Source of the DNA: a virus
Lineage: Duplodnaviria; Caudoviricetes
DNA: 64,000 bases
IMG/VR virus record: IMGVR_UViG_3300025735_000007
Span: 1 to 64,000 of that record
Direction: 5' to 3' (one strand)
The notes under the pieces were generated by a model. The model saw only the letters and a program-made list of their open reading frames with translations. It was not told the DNA's origin and ran no database searches. This document shows positions 47,101 to 56,851 of the stretch, in pieces (within the stretch, counting starts at the first letter, position 1; each line of letters opens with the position of its first letter). A program made the position numbers and the translations under genes.

Positions 47101-49652
47101 GCTATGTGCTGCCGGGCGTGAAGAAGGGCGACAACCTCGCGGTGCGCGTCCAGTCGTTTGACATCTGGGGCAAATACTCCGCCTATGACCAGGCGCCTAC
47201 GGTCAACTACAAGGTCGTGGGCAACGTGACGAACCTGTCGTCGGCCGCCGTGTCGGGTGCGGATTTCTACTGGTCCGGGCGTGATTGCAAGCTCTTCTGG
47301 AACTACAACTCGACGACCGCATCCTTTGAATTCGGTTCCGAGCCAGAAGGCGCGCCGGGCACGCGCGACCCGCACTTCCAGGACTACGAGATCCGCATCT
47401 ACGACCTGCAGCACAAGCTGTTGCGCACCGAACATACGACGGACAACAGCTACGTCTACACGTATGAGAAGAACTTCTCGGACGGACTGCACCGGCACGT
47501 CACCTTCGAAATTGCTGTGCGTGATATTTTCGGCAATATCGGCAAGCCGGCGGTGCTCGATGCCTATAACCCGCCGCCGACCGTGGTAACTGCGGCGACC
47601 AACGCGGCCTTCGATCGTATCCAGATCAACTTCACGCACAGCGACGACCCGGACTACGCCGGGGCGCGAGTTTTCCTGCGCTGGTCGGGCGACGTAGGGA
47701 CGACGCCGACACTCGCCTACGACGGCCCGGACACAGCCGTGCTGATGTCGAATCTGATGTTCAATACGGACTATTACATCACGATCGTCCCGTATGACGC
47801 GTTCGGGTTGGACGAGACTATCCCGAGCAACGAGATCCACGTCCACACGCCGTTTCTCGATGTGGAGGCCATCGCGGAGGGCGTGCTCAAGGACTCACAG
47901 CTGATTCCGGCGCTGCAAACCCGCATCGACCTCGTGGATGCGCCTGAGTCGATCATCGGCTCGGTGAATCAGCGCCTGGCTGACGCGAAGGCCAAGCTCT
48001 CGGGCGATCTGACAGCCGCAATCACACAAGAACAGCAGCTCCGGCAAGGCGCGGACAATAGCCTCGCCTCTCAGGTGACGACGCTCGTGTCGGCGAGCAA
48101 CGCGAATACTGCGGCAATCACCTCCGAACAGACAGCACGCACGACCGCCGATCTGGCACTTGGCACACGCATCGACACAGTTGCGGCAAGCACGGGCAAC
48201 AACACCGCGGCGATTCAGACGGAGATCACCGCACGCACGTCAGCCGACGCAGCGCTTGGCACCCGCATCGACACGGTGGCGGCTGCATACGGGATGGACG
48301 CCACGAACCTGTGCGCGAATCCGGTGGCGGCCGGCGGGCTCACGACTGGATGGGACACACCGACGGCAGTCTTGGGCACTGCGCTTGACGTGCCTGCCGC
48401 GGCACCAGCGGCGTATGTGTTCCGCCAGAACATCCGCGATGCGCGCTATACGACGCGCGTCGTGTCTGTTACTGGCGGCCAGCAGCATTACCTCGAAATG
48501 CGCGCGGCCACGCCGGTCGCCGCGGTTCCGATCAGCATCGGCATGCGCTTCACGGCGCCCGGCAAGACGGACGTCTATGCCTGGGCGGCGACGCTTAACT
48601 CGACGTCGGTGTGGACGCGTCTCGCAGGCATGGTTACGGTCCCGGATGGCTACACGAGCGCCGAGCTGAGGGTGATGATCGACTTCGGCGCAGGCGTCAC
48701 CAACGACAAGAACCGCTGGTATTACACGGACGTCGAGTGGCGCCCGGCAAGCCTGACGCAGCCGGCGATGGCCGCGATCAGCGTCGAGCAGACGGCGCGC
48801 GCGAGCGCGGACGGTGCGCTTTCAACCCGCATCGACAGCGTGAATGCGTCGCTCGGCACGACCAACGCAAACGTGCAGACCGAGATCAACGCGCGCGCGG
48901 CGGGTGACTCCGCAAACGCCAGTGCGATCTCGCAGCTGACCACCACGGTCAACGGCCACACGACCTCGATCCAGACCGCGCAAAGCTCGCTCAATGGCCT
49001 GAGCGCGCAATACACGATCAAGATCGACAACAACGGCCATGTGTCGGGCTTTGGCCTCGCGTCGTATCCGGTCAACGGCGGCATCGTTAGCGAGTTCGCG
49101 GTGCGCGCCGATACGTTCTCGATCCAGTTGCCCGGCTATCCCGGTGTGCACCCGTTCACGGTGGGCGGCGTCGATGGTCAGGCGCGCGTGATCATCAGCA
49201 GCGCGCTGATCGGCGACGCCGCCATCAGCACGGCCAAGATCGGCGACGCACAGGTCAACTCCGCAAAGATCGCCTACGCGGCGATCAACACCGCGCACAT
49301 CGGCACCGCGCAGATCGACACACTGCGCATCGGCGCGAACGCCGTGTCGACGCTCGCCATCTGGGGTCTAGGCTCGGGCGGCACGGTCCAGTATCAGGCG
49401 GGCGGCGGCACGCTGATGGTGTTTGTCAGCGCGTTCATCGGTAGCCATTCCGGTTCTGACGGCGGCCAGGACTTCGCTGGCTCTGTCGTCGTCCAGATCA
49501 ACGGACAGACCATCGTGACCATTTCGAATGGGTCACCCGCCTTCCAGACGAACTTCGGCATGACTGGGTTGGCTCCCGGGGTTTACAACGTGACCGCGAG
49601 CGGTAGCAACGCGCGAGGCATCACGGTCGCGGTTTTTGAATCGAAGCGATAA
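44079..49652 (+). CDS. Central tail fibre/host specificity protein J with fused N-terminal gpI-like domain
   Basis: N-terminal ubiquitin-like segment, then PRGG and a hydrophobic stretch. Also VPVPYG, FN3-like repeats, coiled-coil repeats and a DUF1983-like Y.IK.D.NG...G.G...F.V.AD.F region. Confidence 0.9.
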   Translation: MNTPKKRKAAPQFVRVRRITNPFEPMRDLRDEQWKWRKTYTLADYLPLGETADVVLSVNGQVVEREHFAKTKLQPTDFVVICPVPRGGDGGKGILRIIGMIVIAVASVYTGGAASAAYGPMAGAAAAAAVTVAGTLLLNAILPPAAATNSMNGGLASSSSYGVDGAKNTSSEMIPVPVPYGTFRTAGNVIGVHTEANGNDQILYMLINAGEGPIASITDIEINGRKINEFAEVSVQTRLGDPLQTPIDWFSSVITPYQKNQEIPKDGSYLTFATEGDVEAVRLDINFPSGLYAVDMKSGSVVENKIALEADYRIAGSNGSWTPFSSQPATYEMVQVQPVTSVGIGNLPDQRLAYVDGDSGIPWDGTQVITDLHITTPVGTVLDTTRDAIFAKFGSYIGQNIGSWPVGSGGIVATSVAIPPQPGALVIKEKLRSVVRRSYTSPQLPMGKYEVRLRRDANYIDYGANKAGVGLTNTEATSSSDCYVSDLNEIVYAGVGHNHTALLALRVKLDEQLSGIPTVTFVNGGRIITTFQRANGVITTKEAATNNAAWVQWDALTHWRYGAGIDGGRLDLSAWIDWAEYCGANGLTFDGVFDTTMNAWDASNYIARAGHAQLVPVGTRYSIIIERPSEPVMLFGMGNIVEGTFKQSWMSRTDRATEVDVTFFDKTDSYKQKTVKVTDSAAALEGRPQNPSAITAYGVVDIKRAYLEGALQMNINRYLTQTCEWDSPIEALACTHGDVVLVQHDQPAWGFSGRTESGSTASVVKLDKLVTMEAGKTYKLLLLGSTAVRNTGTIGSVSGTFIAVPTPPNVRIRRIRNAAGVETAVKTVVSDGVYAESTTGFAPGQRVTFYDTDVIEEHDVVVQPGETDAVTVTAPLSFVPDVFTNYLFGETTKVKKPFRITSITLGSTDMQRHLSALEYRAEVYDLSSYADVANTLTPPLLDPRQAAIGVVQNLSVYEETYVAGALILTDVRASWVQPLIGNYAGADVFLQINGGDFNKVGTVKVGTSYVLPGVKKGDNLAVRVQSFDIWGKYSAYDQAPTVNYKVVGNVTNLSSAAVSGADFYWSGRDCKLFWNYNSTTASFEFGSEPEGAPGTRDPHFQDYEIRIYDLQHKLLRTEHTTDNSYVYTYEKNFSDGLHRHVTFEIAVRDIFGNIGKPAVLDAYNPPPTVVTAATNAAFDRIQINFTHSDDPDYAGARVFLRWSGDVGTTPTLAYDGPDTAVLMSNLMFNTDYYITIVPYDAFGLDETIPSNEIHVHTPFLDVEAIAEGVLKDSQLIPALQTRIDLVDAPESIIGSVNQRLADAKAKLSGDLTAAITQEQQLRQGADNSLASQVTTLVSASNANTAAITSEQTARTTADLALGTRIDTVAASTGNNTAAIQTEITARTSADAALGTRIDTVAAAYGMDATNLCANPVAAGGLTTGWDTPTAVLGTALDVPAAAPAAYVFRQNIRDARYTTRVVSVTGGQQHYLEMRAATPVAAVPISIGMRFTAPGKTDVYAWAATLNSTSVWTRLAGMVTVPDGYTSAELRVMIDFGAGVTNDKNRWYYTDVEWRPASLTQPAMAAISVEQTARASADGALSTRIDSVNASLGTTNANVQTEINARAAGDSANASAISQLTTTVNGHTTSIQTAQSSLNGLSAQYTIKIDNNGHVSGFGLASYPVNGGIVSEFAVRADTFSIQLPGYPGVHPFTVGGVDGQARVIISSALIGDAAISTAKIGDAQVNSAKIAYAAINTAHIGTAQIDTLRIGANAVSTLAIWGLGSGGTVQYQAGGGTLMVFVSAFIGSHSGSDGGQDFAGSVVVQINGQTIVTISNGSPAFQTNFGMTGLAPGVYNVTASGSNARGITVAVFESKR

Positions 49653-49663
49653 GCGAGAGAACG

Positions 49664-50083
49664 ATGAACGAACAGACGACTGAAGATCAAACGCAGGAGG
49701 TGCCGGACCGGAGCTGGGTTCGCACCGACTACGTGGTGGCCGAGAATGCGACGGGCCGCATCCTCTACACCGGCACCGTGCCGCGCAAGATGATCGACAT
49801 CCAGATCCCGCCCGAAGGCGCGTCGGTCGTGATCGGCATGGGTGCGCCCGAGACGCACTATGTCGTGAACGGCGCAGTTGTGCCTCGCCCGGTGAATACG
49901 GCCACGCCAACGGGCAACACGCTCACGAACCTGCCCGTGCCGTGCACGATCAGCATCGACGGGACGGCGCACGACTGCGCGGACGACCATTGCGAGCTGT
50001 CGTTCTCGCATCCGGGCACCTACAACGTCACGGTGTCGGCGTGGCCGATGCTCGACGTAGCCTTCGAGGTCACACAGCCATGA
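49664..50083 (+). CDS. Tail-associated hypothetical protein
   Basis: Position after J. Contains TGRIL and YVVNG.V.PRP. Confidence 0.7.
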   Translation: MNEQTTEDQTQEVPDRSWVRTDYVVAENATGRILYTGTVPRKMIDIQIPPEGASVVIGMGAPETHYVVNGAVVPRPVNTATPTGNTLTNLPVPCTISIDGTAHDCADDHCELSFSHPGTYNVTVSAWPMLDVAFEVTQP

Positions 50084-50268
50084 AGATTCACACGCAGATC
50101 GACGTGCGCCCGCGACGCGCGGCCGACTACATGGACATCGGCGCGCAGCTCGACGCGCTGATGAAGGGCTTTGCCGCGCTGGCCGAGCAGGGCGTTCAGC
50201 TGCCGCCGGAGACCGTGGCATGGATCGAGCACTGCCAGGCGGTGAAGGCGCGCCACCCCAAGCGTTGA
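50080..50268 (+). CDS. Small tail-associated protein
   Basis: R...Y..IG.QLDAL...VKARHPK motif. Confidence 0.7.
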   Translation: MKIHTQIDVRPRRAADYMDIGAQLDALMKGFAALAEQGVQLPPETVAWIEHCQAVKARHPKR

Positions 50269-50277
50269 CGCTTTCGA

Positions 50278-50306
50278 TTGCAGATAAGTCACGCGTTACT
50301 TATAAT
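50278..50306 (+). promoter_or_regulatory. Near-consensus promoter with the operator filling its spacer
   Basis: TTGCAG-17 nt-TATAAT. Operator taagtcac-gc-gttactta at 50285-50302. Confidence 0.85.
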
Positions 50307-50342
50307 CGGCGAGGATAACGTCTCTCCGACAAGGGTTTCTGC

Positions 50343-53300
50343 ATGGCTCAGCTCAAACAGGTTTGCACCGTCACCAACGGCTCGCAAACCGTAGCGGTGA
50401 TCGGCGTAAATGTGGCTTACCGCATTCTCGCCAACAGCATCTTCATGACGTCGCCCGACTTTGTGCCCTACACGGTTGCGAGGGATGCGCAATTCGACGG
50501 CACGAACACGGTGGTCACGCTCGCGGCTGAGTATCAGGGCGACAGCGGCGCAATGGCGCAGGGCGTGTTCGTTACCGACTTCACCTACCCGGACAATATC
50601 CCGCTCATCAGCCAGGGCGACGTCGGCACTGCCGCGATCTGGACGAAGGCGATGTATACGCTGCAGGCCATGATCGGCTCGGTAACGCCCGCCGGCCTGA
50701 ACGCGTTCATCGCGCAGATCAACCAGACGCAGGCTGCCGCTGATGCTGACGCTGCCGCGGCGCTGGCCTCGCAGAACGCGGCCAAGACGTCGGAAACGAA
50801 CGCGAAGACATCGGAGACCAGTGCCGCCGCAAGCCAGTCGGCGGCGGCCACCAGTGCGACCAACGCAAAAACGTCCGAGACAAACGCGAAGACCAGTGAG
50901 ACGAACTCGGCTGCGTCGGCCAGTGCGTCTGCGGGCTCCGCGACGGCATCGTCGAACTCGGCGACGGCTGCCGCCGGCTCCGCGAGTGCGGCATCGACGA
51001 GCGCAAGTAATGCGAGCGGCTCGGCGTCGGCCGCTGCCGCGTCGAAGACGGCAGCCGGCACGAGTGAAGCCAACGCGAAGACGTCGGAAACGAACGCTGC
51101 GGGCTCTGCAGCAGCGGCGCTTGCTTCGCAGGACGCGGCGAAGACCAGCGAAACGAACTCGAAAACCTCCGAGACCAACGCAAAGACTTCGGAAACCAAC
51201 GCCAAGACGAGCGAAACGAACGCGAAAACGTCAGAGACCAATGCGGCCGCATCTGCAACTAACGCCGCGGTTGACCGCGCGACGGTGCAGGGCATTCTGA
51301 CGACGATGAATGCGCTGTATCTCGGCAATAAGGCGAGCGACCCTACTGTCGACAACAGCGGCAATGCGCTCAAGCAGGGCGCCGAATATTTCAACACGAC
51401 CACGCAACTGCTGCGCGTCTACACGAGCACGGGCTGGCAGAACTACGACAAGGACGCGCAGACGCAGGCAACCAACGCGACCGCGAGTGCTGCGGCCGCG
51501 GCAGGTTCGGCGTCGGGCGCTGCCACGTCGGCGACGAACGCACACACCAGTGAGACTAATGCAGCAGCATCGGCGGCGGCCGCGCTCGCGTCGCAGAATG
51601 CCGCCAAGACCAGCGAGACGAACGCCAAGACGTCTGAGACGAACGCGAAAAGCTCTGAGACGAACGCGCAGACTAGCGAATCGAACGCCAAGACGAGCGA
51701 GACGAACGCCGCGGCGAGCGCTGCCCATGCCGATCAGGTCGCCCAGACCATCGGCAACCCAGTGTCCAAGAATGGCGACACGATGACGGGCCAGCTCGGG
51801 ATCGCGTATGCGGGCGCGACGGAGATCCTGAACGACACCTCCGGCTCGACCCAGTTCGGCTATGGTTACCAGTCGGGCGGCACGCCGCTCTGGGCGATGT
51901 GGGTTGCCACGTCGAAGAACTGGCTGCTGCAGCGCTACGCGAATGGCGTGGCCGTCGATAACCCGATCTCGGTATCTGGCTCGACCGGTGTCGTCAGCAT
52001 GCCGAGCCGCGTGCTAGTCGGCGCAGGGGCAGACGACGGCTCAAATTCGCTGCAGGTTGGCGGCAGCATGCGCGCCGACAACTACTACATGCTGGCTCAG
52101 GGCACCGGCGACGCAGGCACGATTGGGTGGGGCAACAGCAACGGCCCGGCAATCGGCATGTATGGGAGCGCAACGGGGTCTGCAGGCGCGTTTGTGCTCA
52201 AGACTGCCGGTGTGGAGCGAGTGCGTCTGAATGGGGCAGGCCGTTTGCTCGTTGGCACTGCCACCGATGACGGCGCGAACCTGATGCAGGTGAACGGCAA
52301 CGTCTCGCTCGTCGGCGCCGGCCCGAAGATCACGTTCAACGCAGCTGGCCCATTTGTCAACTCGCCGTCCGCGAACGTGCTGGCGCTCTCGAATGGCTCG
52401 GCCGAAGTCTTCCGTCTGAGCGCGGGCGGCCGCCTGCTGGTTGGAACGACGACTGACGACGGCGCGAACGTGTTGCAGGTAGCCGGCGCCGCAAAGGTCA
52501 GCGGAGTGCTGACGGCAACTGCCGGTGGCACTTTCTCCGCGGCCGCCTTCGTTGACATGGTGTCCACCGCTACGACCGCACAGCTCAGCTTGAAAGGATC
52601 GAGCGGTGCGCTCAGCACCGAAAGCAAACTGCGCTTCTATGGCACCTTCGGCACCGGTTCGGATCTGGGCACGCGTCTGGTCGCGTCCATGCGCGCCGGC
52701 TTCAATGCGGGGACGTGGGGTAAGGAATACCTCGACTTTTACCTGAACAGCGCGAGCAACGACGCGCAGAGCGACGCCAACCAGTCGCGCGTGCTGCGAC
52801 TGGCATATGGCGGTCGCGTGATCGTCGGCACCAATGCGGTCGACGACGGAGTCAACCGTCTCCAGGTCAGCGGTAACGTGGCGCTCTCTGGCGCCATGAA
52901 GGTCGGCACCTACACGCAGCAGGTCGAGATCAACGGCGACTCTTACACGGCCGTCAACGCCTATTACGACGGCACGAACTGGCAGCGCATCGACACAACC
53001 AAGCCAGCGTGGCTGTTCCAGAGCAACGTCACGAACGACATGACGTTCGAAGGCTACAAGGGGCTGTCGTGGTGGGTGTGCCAGCCGGGCACGAACCCGA
53101 TTGGTAACTGGGGCGCGGCTAACGGCTGGACGCTGATTCAAAGCTATTCGCAATACCACGACGTCACGCTCGGCGGGAACGGTTTTGAAATCGACGGTAA
53201 CGGCACGCTGCCGTATGGTCGTTTCCAGCACGCGACCGTCGGAGGCCAGAAGCGAACCGGCGTGATGACCAACGCCTACATCGATGAGTCCGGGCGCGAC

Positions 53301-54641
53301 GACACGACCAAGAACTCCTGGTGGTTTGGCGTGAGCGATGACGGCACTGCGTCGGGTGACAAGTGGAAGATCCAGCGCGCGGCGAGTGGCACTACGTTTG
53401 CGTGGTCCGATCTGATCACAGTAACCGGCGCCGGCCGTGTGCTTGTTGGCACGTCGACGGACGACGGGTCGAACGTGCTGCAAGTGAATGGCCCGACGAA
53501 AATCACTGGAGCGCTTTCAGTTACAGGGACATCGGCGCTCGGCACCGTGAACATGAGCGGCACCCTGAATATGACAGGCGGAGCAGTCGAGTTTGGCTCG
53601 ACTACTGCCGTCATGACGCCGTTTATTGACTTCCACAGCTCTGGCACGGGTAACGACTACGACGCACGCATCATCGCAAGCGGCGGCAGTGCAACAGTGG
53701 GCGCCGGGGCGCTCACCTATGTCGGCTCGAGCGGGCACTATTTTACGGGCAACGTTACGATCCAGCCCCCTTCCTCGTTTGCCATTATCACGCTCAAGAC
53801 AGGGACGTATCAGCCGGTCATTCGTTCGAACGCTGCAACGGCATCGATTGAATTCGTCAACAGTGCCAACAGCGCAGTCAACCTGACGGTCTACGACTCG
53901 GGCACCGTCGCCGCACGTGGGCAGCTCGTCGCGCCTACCGTGTCCGCGACTGGTGGGACTTCACAGTTTGCCGGGGCCGCGGTCAACGGCACCCTCTGGA
54001 TTCAGAACCAAAACCAGATCGCACTGCAAGGAACAACCTACACAGCTTATTTGCGTGGCGACAACCAAGGCCTGTGCGGCTTCATCAATCAGGCTGGGAG
54101 CAACTGGAACTTCCAGATTTGGGATGATGGTCGCACGGTCCACCGTGGGTTGGCGACCTTCAACGGGAATGTCGCGCAGAGCTACCAGAACTTTGGCTAC
54201 CTGAACTTCAGCGGCTCGGCTGTGAACAACGCGGCGGGATCGTGGGCCGTAGGCGTCAACGTAGACCAAGCGGTCACGGCCAACCAGTTCTTCGCACTAT
54301 CCGACAGACGCCTGAAAACAGAGATCAAGGCACTGGATGAGGCTGAAGCGATCCGGTTTGTGGAACAGGTCGAACCCAAGACCTATCTGAAGGAAGGCGT
54401 GCGGGAGCGCGGCTATCTCGCGCAAGACGTGGGCAAGGCGCTCGACGGCAGCGGCTGCGAGCTCCTGACCGTGAGCGAGCGCAAGGGCCTTGCCGAGGAG
54501 ATCGATGAGGACGGCTTTGTGTCACCCGAGGATCACGTTCTGAACGTGGCACACAACCAGATCATCCCAATCCACTCCGCCGTGCTTCGCAATCTGTTGC
54601 GTCGTGTAGCGGAACTTGAAGCATTCAGGCAGGCGAAATGA
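50343..54641 (+). CDS. Side tail fibre with C-terminal peptidase S74 intramolecular chaperone
   Basis: SETNAKT heptad repeats, KNGDTMTG, five GR.LVG...DDG.N.LQV.G repeats, SDRRLKTEI and G.LAQDV. Confidence 0.9.
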   Translation: MAQLKQVCTVTNGSQTVAVIGVNVAYRILANSIFMTSPDFVPYTVARDAQFDGTNTVVTLAAEYQGDSGAMAQGVFVTDFTYPDNIPLISQGDVGTAAIWTKAMYTLQAMIGSVTPAGLNAFIAQINQTQAAADADAAAALASQNAAKTSETNAKTSETSAAASQSAAATSATNAKTSETNAKTSETNSAASASASAGSATASSNSATAAAGSASAASTSASNASGSASAAAASKTAAGTSEANAKTSETNAAGSAAAALASQDAAKTSETNSKTSETNAKTSETNAKTSETNAKTSETNAAASATNAAVDRATVQGILTTMNALYLGNKASDPTVDNSGNALKQGAEYFNTTTQLLRVYTSTGWQNYDKDAQTQATNATASAAAAAGSASGAATSATNAHTSETNAAASAAAALASQNAAKTSETNAKTSETNAKSSETNAQTSESNAKTSETNAAASAAHADQVAQTIGNPVSKNGDTMTGQLGIAYAGATEILNDTSGSTQFGYGYQSGGTPLWAMWVATSKNWLLQRYANGVAVDNPISVSGSTGVVSMPSRVLVGAGADDGSNSLQVGGSMRADNYYMLAQGTGDAGTIGWGNSNGPAIGMYGSATGSAGAFVLKTAGVERVRLNGAGRLLVGTATDDGANLMQVNGNVSLVGAGPKITFNAAGPFVNSPSANVLALSNGSAEVFRLSAGGRLLVGTTTDDGANVLQVAGAAKVSGVLTATAGGTFSAAAFVDMVSTATTAQLSLKGSSGALSTESKLRFYGTFGTGSDLGTRLVASMRAGFNAGTWGKEYLDFYLNSASNDAQSDANQSRVLRLAYGGRVIVGTNAVDDGVNRLQVSGNVALSGAMKVGTYTQQVEINGDSYTAVNAYYDGTNWQRIDTTKPAWLFQSNVTNDMTFEGYKGLSWWVCQPGTNPIGNWGAANGWTLIQSYSQYHDVTLGGNGFEIDGNGTLPYGRFQHATVGGQKRTGVMTNAYIDESGRDDTTKNSWWFGVSDDGTASGDKWKIQRAASGTTFAWSDLITVTGAGRVLVGTSTDDGSNVLQVNGPTKITGALSVTGTSALGTVNMSGTLNMTGGAVEFGSTTAVMTPFIDFHSSGTGNDYDARIIASGGSATVGAGALTYVGSSGHYFTGNVTIQPPSSFAIITLKTGTYQPVIRSNAATASIEFVNSANSAVNLTVYDSGTVAARGQLVAPTVSATGGTSQFAGAAVNGTLWIQNQNQIALQGTTYTAYLRGDNQGLCGFINQAGSNWNFQIWDDGRTVHRGLATFNGNVAQSYQNFGYLNFSGSAVNNAAGSWAVGVNVDQAVTANQFFALSDRRLKTEIKALDEAEAIRFVEQVEPKTYLKEGVRERGYLAQDVGKALDGSGCELLTVSERKGLAEEIDEDGFVSPEDHVLNVAHNQIIPIHSAVLRNLLRRVAELEAFRQAK

Positions 54642-55198
54642 CCATGTATTTCTTCCTTTATGACGACGCTGGCACGGTGCGCGGCTCAATGGACTTTCCT
54701 GACGGGACAGCCGCGCCTATGTCGAAAATGGTCGCCTGCACCGCAGAGCAGGCCGCGGCGATGTATCGCTACCGGGTGGACCTGACAGACACGCCCGCCG
54801 TCGTTGAGATTGATCCGGTCACCCTGCTCAAATCGCTCACGACCGATCTTGCTGCGTCGATCGACGCGAAGGTGGCGACAGTCTATGCGAACTGGACGCG
54901 CTTCCAGCAGGAGTATCTACAGCGTGAAGCGGCCGCGCGCGCATACAAGGCGGCCGGCTACACCGGAGACGTCTCGATCTGGATCTCAGGATTTGCCAAC
55001 GCCGCCGGCAAGACATCGCAGGAAGCTGCGGATCTCATCGTTGCGCAGGCAGATGGACTCTACGCAGCACTGTCGTCGCTCGGCGCGCTGCGTATGCGCA
55101 AATACGAAGTCTTCACCGCGTCGGATTGCGACGCTGCATTCGCCGCACACGATGCGATTTCTGCCGAAATCGACACAGTTGCAGCAACCATCCAGTAA
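54638..55198 (+). CDS. Tail fibre assembly-type protein (putative)
   Basis: Coupled to the fibre gene, helical C-terminal domain. Confidence 0.6.
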   Translation: MTMYFFLYDDAGTVRGSMDFPDGTAAPMSKMVACTAEQAAAMYRYRVDLTDTPAVVEIDPVTLLKSLTTDLAASIDAKVATVYANWTRFQQEYLQREAAARAYKAAGYTGDVSIWISGFANAAGKTSQEAADLIVAQADGLYAALSSLGALRMRKYEVFTASDCDAAFAAHDAISAEIDTVAATIQ

Positions 55199-55207
55199 AG
55201 GAGTCAC

Positions 55208-55672
55208 ATGAAGGTCGCATTTTTCAAAGGGCGCCATCCGGGTATCAAGGGCTGGCTGGGCGTCTTGACGAAGTGGTGGACACGCGGACCGTATAGCCAC
55301 GCCGAGCTCGTCATGGCCTATGAGAGCGGCATGGCGGTCTGCTGGTCGTCTGCGTATCTCGACAAGGGCGTGCGCCGCACGGTGATCAAGCTCGACCCCG
55401 CCGACTGGGACATCGTGGAGATCCCAACCACGTCCGAGCAGGAAGCCACAGCAATTGCGTGGTTTGAGGCGCATGTCGGGCAGCCGTATGACATCGCGGG
55501 CCTCTTCGGGTTTGTGTTCCGGCACCTCGAGGGCGAGAAGGGCAAGTGGTTCTGCTCGGAAGCGCTCGCCGAGGCGTTGGGCTACGCGGAGTCCTGGCGC
55601 TATGACCCGAACACGTTCGCGGCAGTGCTCGGCCACTGGGAGCGCCAGAGCGAGCTTCAATCACTGGCATAG
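55208..55672 (+). CDS. Permuted papain-like (YiiX-type) amidase
   Basis: YSHAEL precedes G.PYD...WFCSE, i.e. His before Cys. Confidence 0.75.
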   Translation: MKVAFFKGRHPGIKGWLGVLTKWWTRGPYSHAELVMAYESGMAVCWSSAYLDKGVRRTVIKLDPADWDIVEIPTTSEQEATAIAWFEAHVGQPYDIAGLFGFVFRHLEGEKGKWFCSEALAEALGYAESWRYDPNTFAAVLGHWERQSELQSLA

Positions 55673-55673
55673 A

Positions 55674-55691
55674 TAAGTCACACCAGACTTA
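55674..55691. promoter_or_regulatory. 18-bp operator
   Basis: taagtcac-ac-cagactta. Confidence 0.7.
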
Positions 55692-55760
55692 CTGTAATCT
55701 ACGGAAGAGCGGTCATCCCGGCCGCCTCCCACTTCTTCGTTTCACCTTCAGGAGTTTCAC

Positions 55761-56108
55761 ATGGCAATCAGCAAGCAGATCACCCAGGATGCGACCGGCG
55801 TCGTCGTCGGCTACCACGTTGTGCTGAGCGTAACGCTCGACAAGGCGAGCAAGATGACGACCGGCGCGGTGTCGAGCTTTGTCTCGGCCGATGCCAAGTC
55901 CGCTGGCAAGCAACCGGTCGGCTATCCGGTGCACATCACGGTGCCCGGTCTACCCGGCGCGAAGGAAGAGGCGTTCAACTTCTTCGAGAAGCAGGTGACG
56001 GCAGCGCAACCTACCGACGGCGACGGCGGCGGCAATCCGATGGCGGTCAATTCCTTCGGCGACGTGCGTTACATGTTCGCCGACGGCACGGTCGTCGCGG
56101 ACGTTTGA
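55761..56108 (+). CDS. Hypothetical protein
   Basis: AGGAG RBS. Confidence 0.75.
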   Translation: MAISKQITQDATGVVVGYHVVLSVTLDKASKMTTGAVSSFVSADAKSAGKQPVGYPVHITVPGLPGAKEEAFNFFEKQVTAAQPTDGDGGGNPMAVNSFGDVRYMFADGTVVADV

Positions 56109-56110
56109 AA

Positions 56111-56128
56111 TAAGTAAGCGGTGACTGG
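56111..56128. promoter_or_regulatory. 18-bp operator upstream of the lysis cassette (degenerate)
   Basis: taagtaag-cg-gtgactgg. Confidence 0.6.
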
Positions 56129-56191
56129 ACATAGGCGATGGTGTCTTGTTAACATCGCCTCTTACACACCATTCTGCGAGAGAGCGACGGC

Positions 56192-56524
56192 ATGGGCTTC
56201 ACTGACCCGAAAGACCAGGAGAACCTGATGACCATCGCGAAGGAAGTAGCGAAGGCCACCGTCGAAGAGATGGGGCTAAAGCTGCGCGAGCGGGATGAGG
56301 AGCTCCGGGAAAGCATCGTCGAAGACGTGCGCAAAGAGCTCAAGTCGTATTTTGGCGACCAGTCACCTTCAGACCACCTCATCCAGCACAACCGCATCGA
56401 CAAGCTGCTCAACTGGATCGACAACCTCGGGAAAAACTTCTGGGGCGGACTCATCGCCGGCACCGTTAAGTTCCTTGTGGTCGCGATCATTGGCGCGGCC
56501 GTCTTCTCGAAATACAAAGGCTGA
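56192..56524 (+). CDS. Single-TM lysis-cassette protein (holin/antiholin candidate)
   Basis: C-terminal TM helix, first gene of the lysis cluster. Confidence 0.55.
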   Translation: MGFTDPKDQENLMTIAKEVAKATVEEMGLKLRERDEELRESIVEDVRKELKSYFGDQSPSDHLIQHNRIDKLLNWIDNLGKNFWGGLIAGTVKFLVVAIIGAAVFSKYKG

Positions 56525-56527
56525 CAC

Positions 56528-56851
56528 ATGCGCTTCATCCAAACCCTCAAGACCCTCGTCGACGATCGCCTGCTGATCATGCTGATCCCGGCGCTCGTTG
56601 TGCTCACGTTTGATACGGCGGTGCTCTTCAGCCTCGCCTACGCGATCGCCATTGTGGTTGCTATCGTCGCGGTCGCCCACTCGTTGCGCCTGCTCCTGCT
56701 GCCCTATGTGAGCATGCGCCAGCTGGTTGACATGGCGTCGCAGTCGCCCGGCTCCTCTGCCTGCGTGTTCGTCGCCGTTCTCTGCTTCATGGGCCTCGTC
56801 GTGCATTCGATGGTCGCCTGGATTCAGGCTGCTGCCGGTCATGTTGCCTAA
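56528..56851 (+). CDS. Holin (putative, about 3 TM)
   Basis: Very hydrophobic 107 aa protein directly before the endolysin. Confidence 0.7.
   Translation: MRFIQTLKTLVDDRLLIMLIPALVVLTFDTAVLFSLAYAIAIVVAIVAVAHSLRLLLLPYVSMRQLVDMASQSPGSSACVFVAVLCFMGLVVHSMVAWIQAAAGHVA

Noticed and set aside
50750-51720. CRISPR array or DGR-like repeats
   Set aside because: The repeats are in-frame, synonymous-degenerate codings of SETNAKT. There are no spacers, cas genes or reverse transcriptase in the window.
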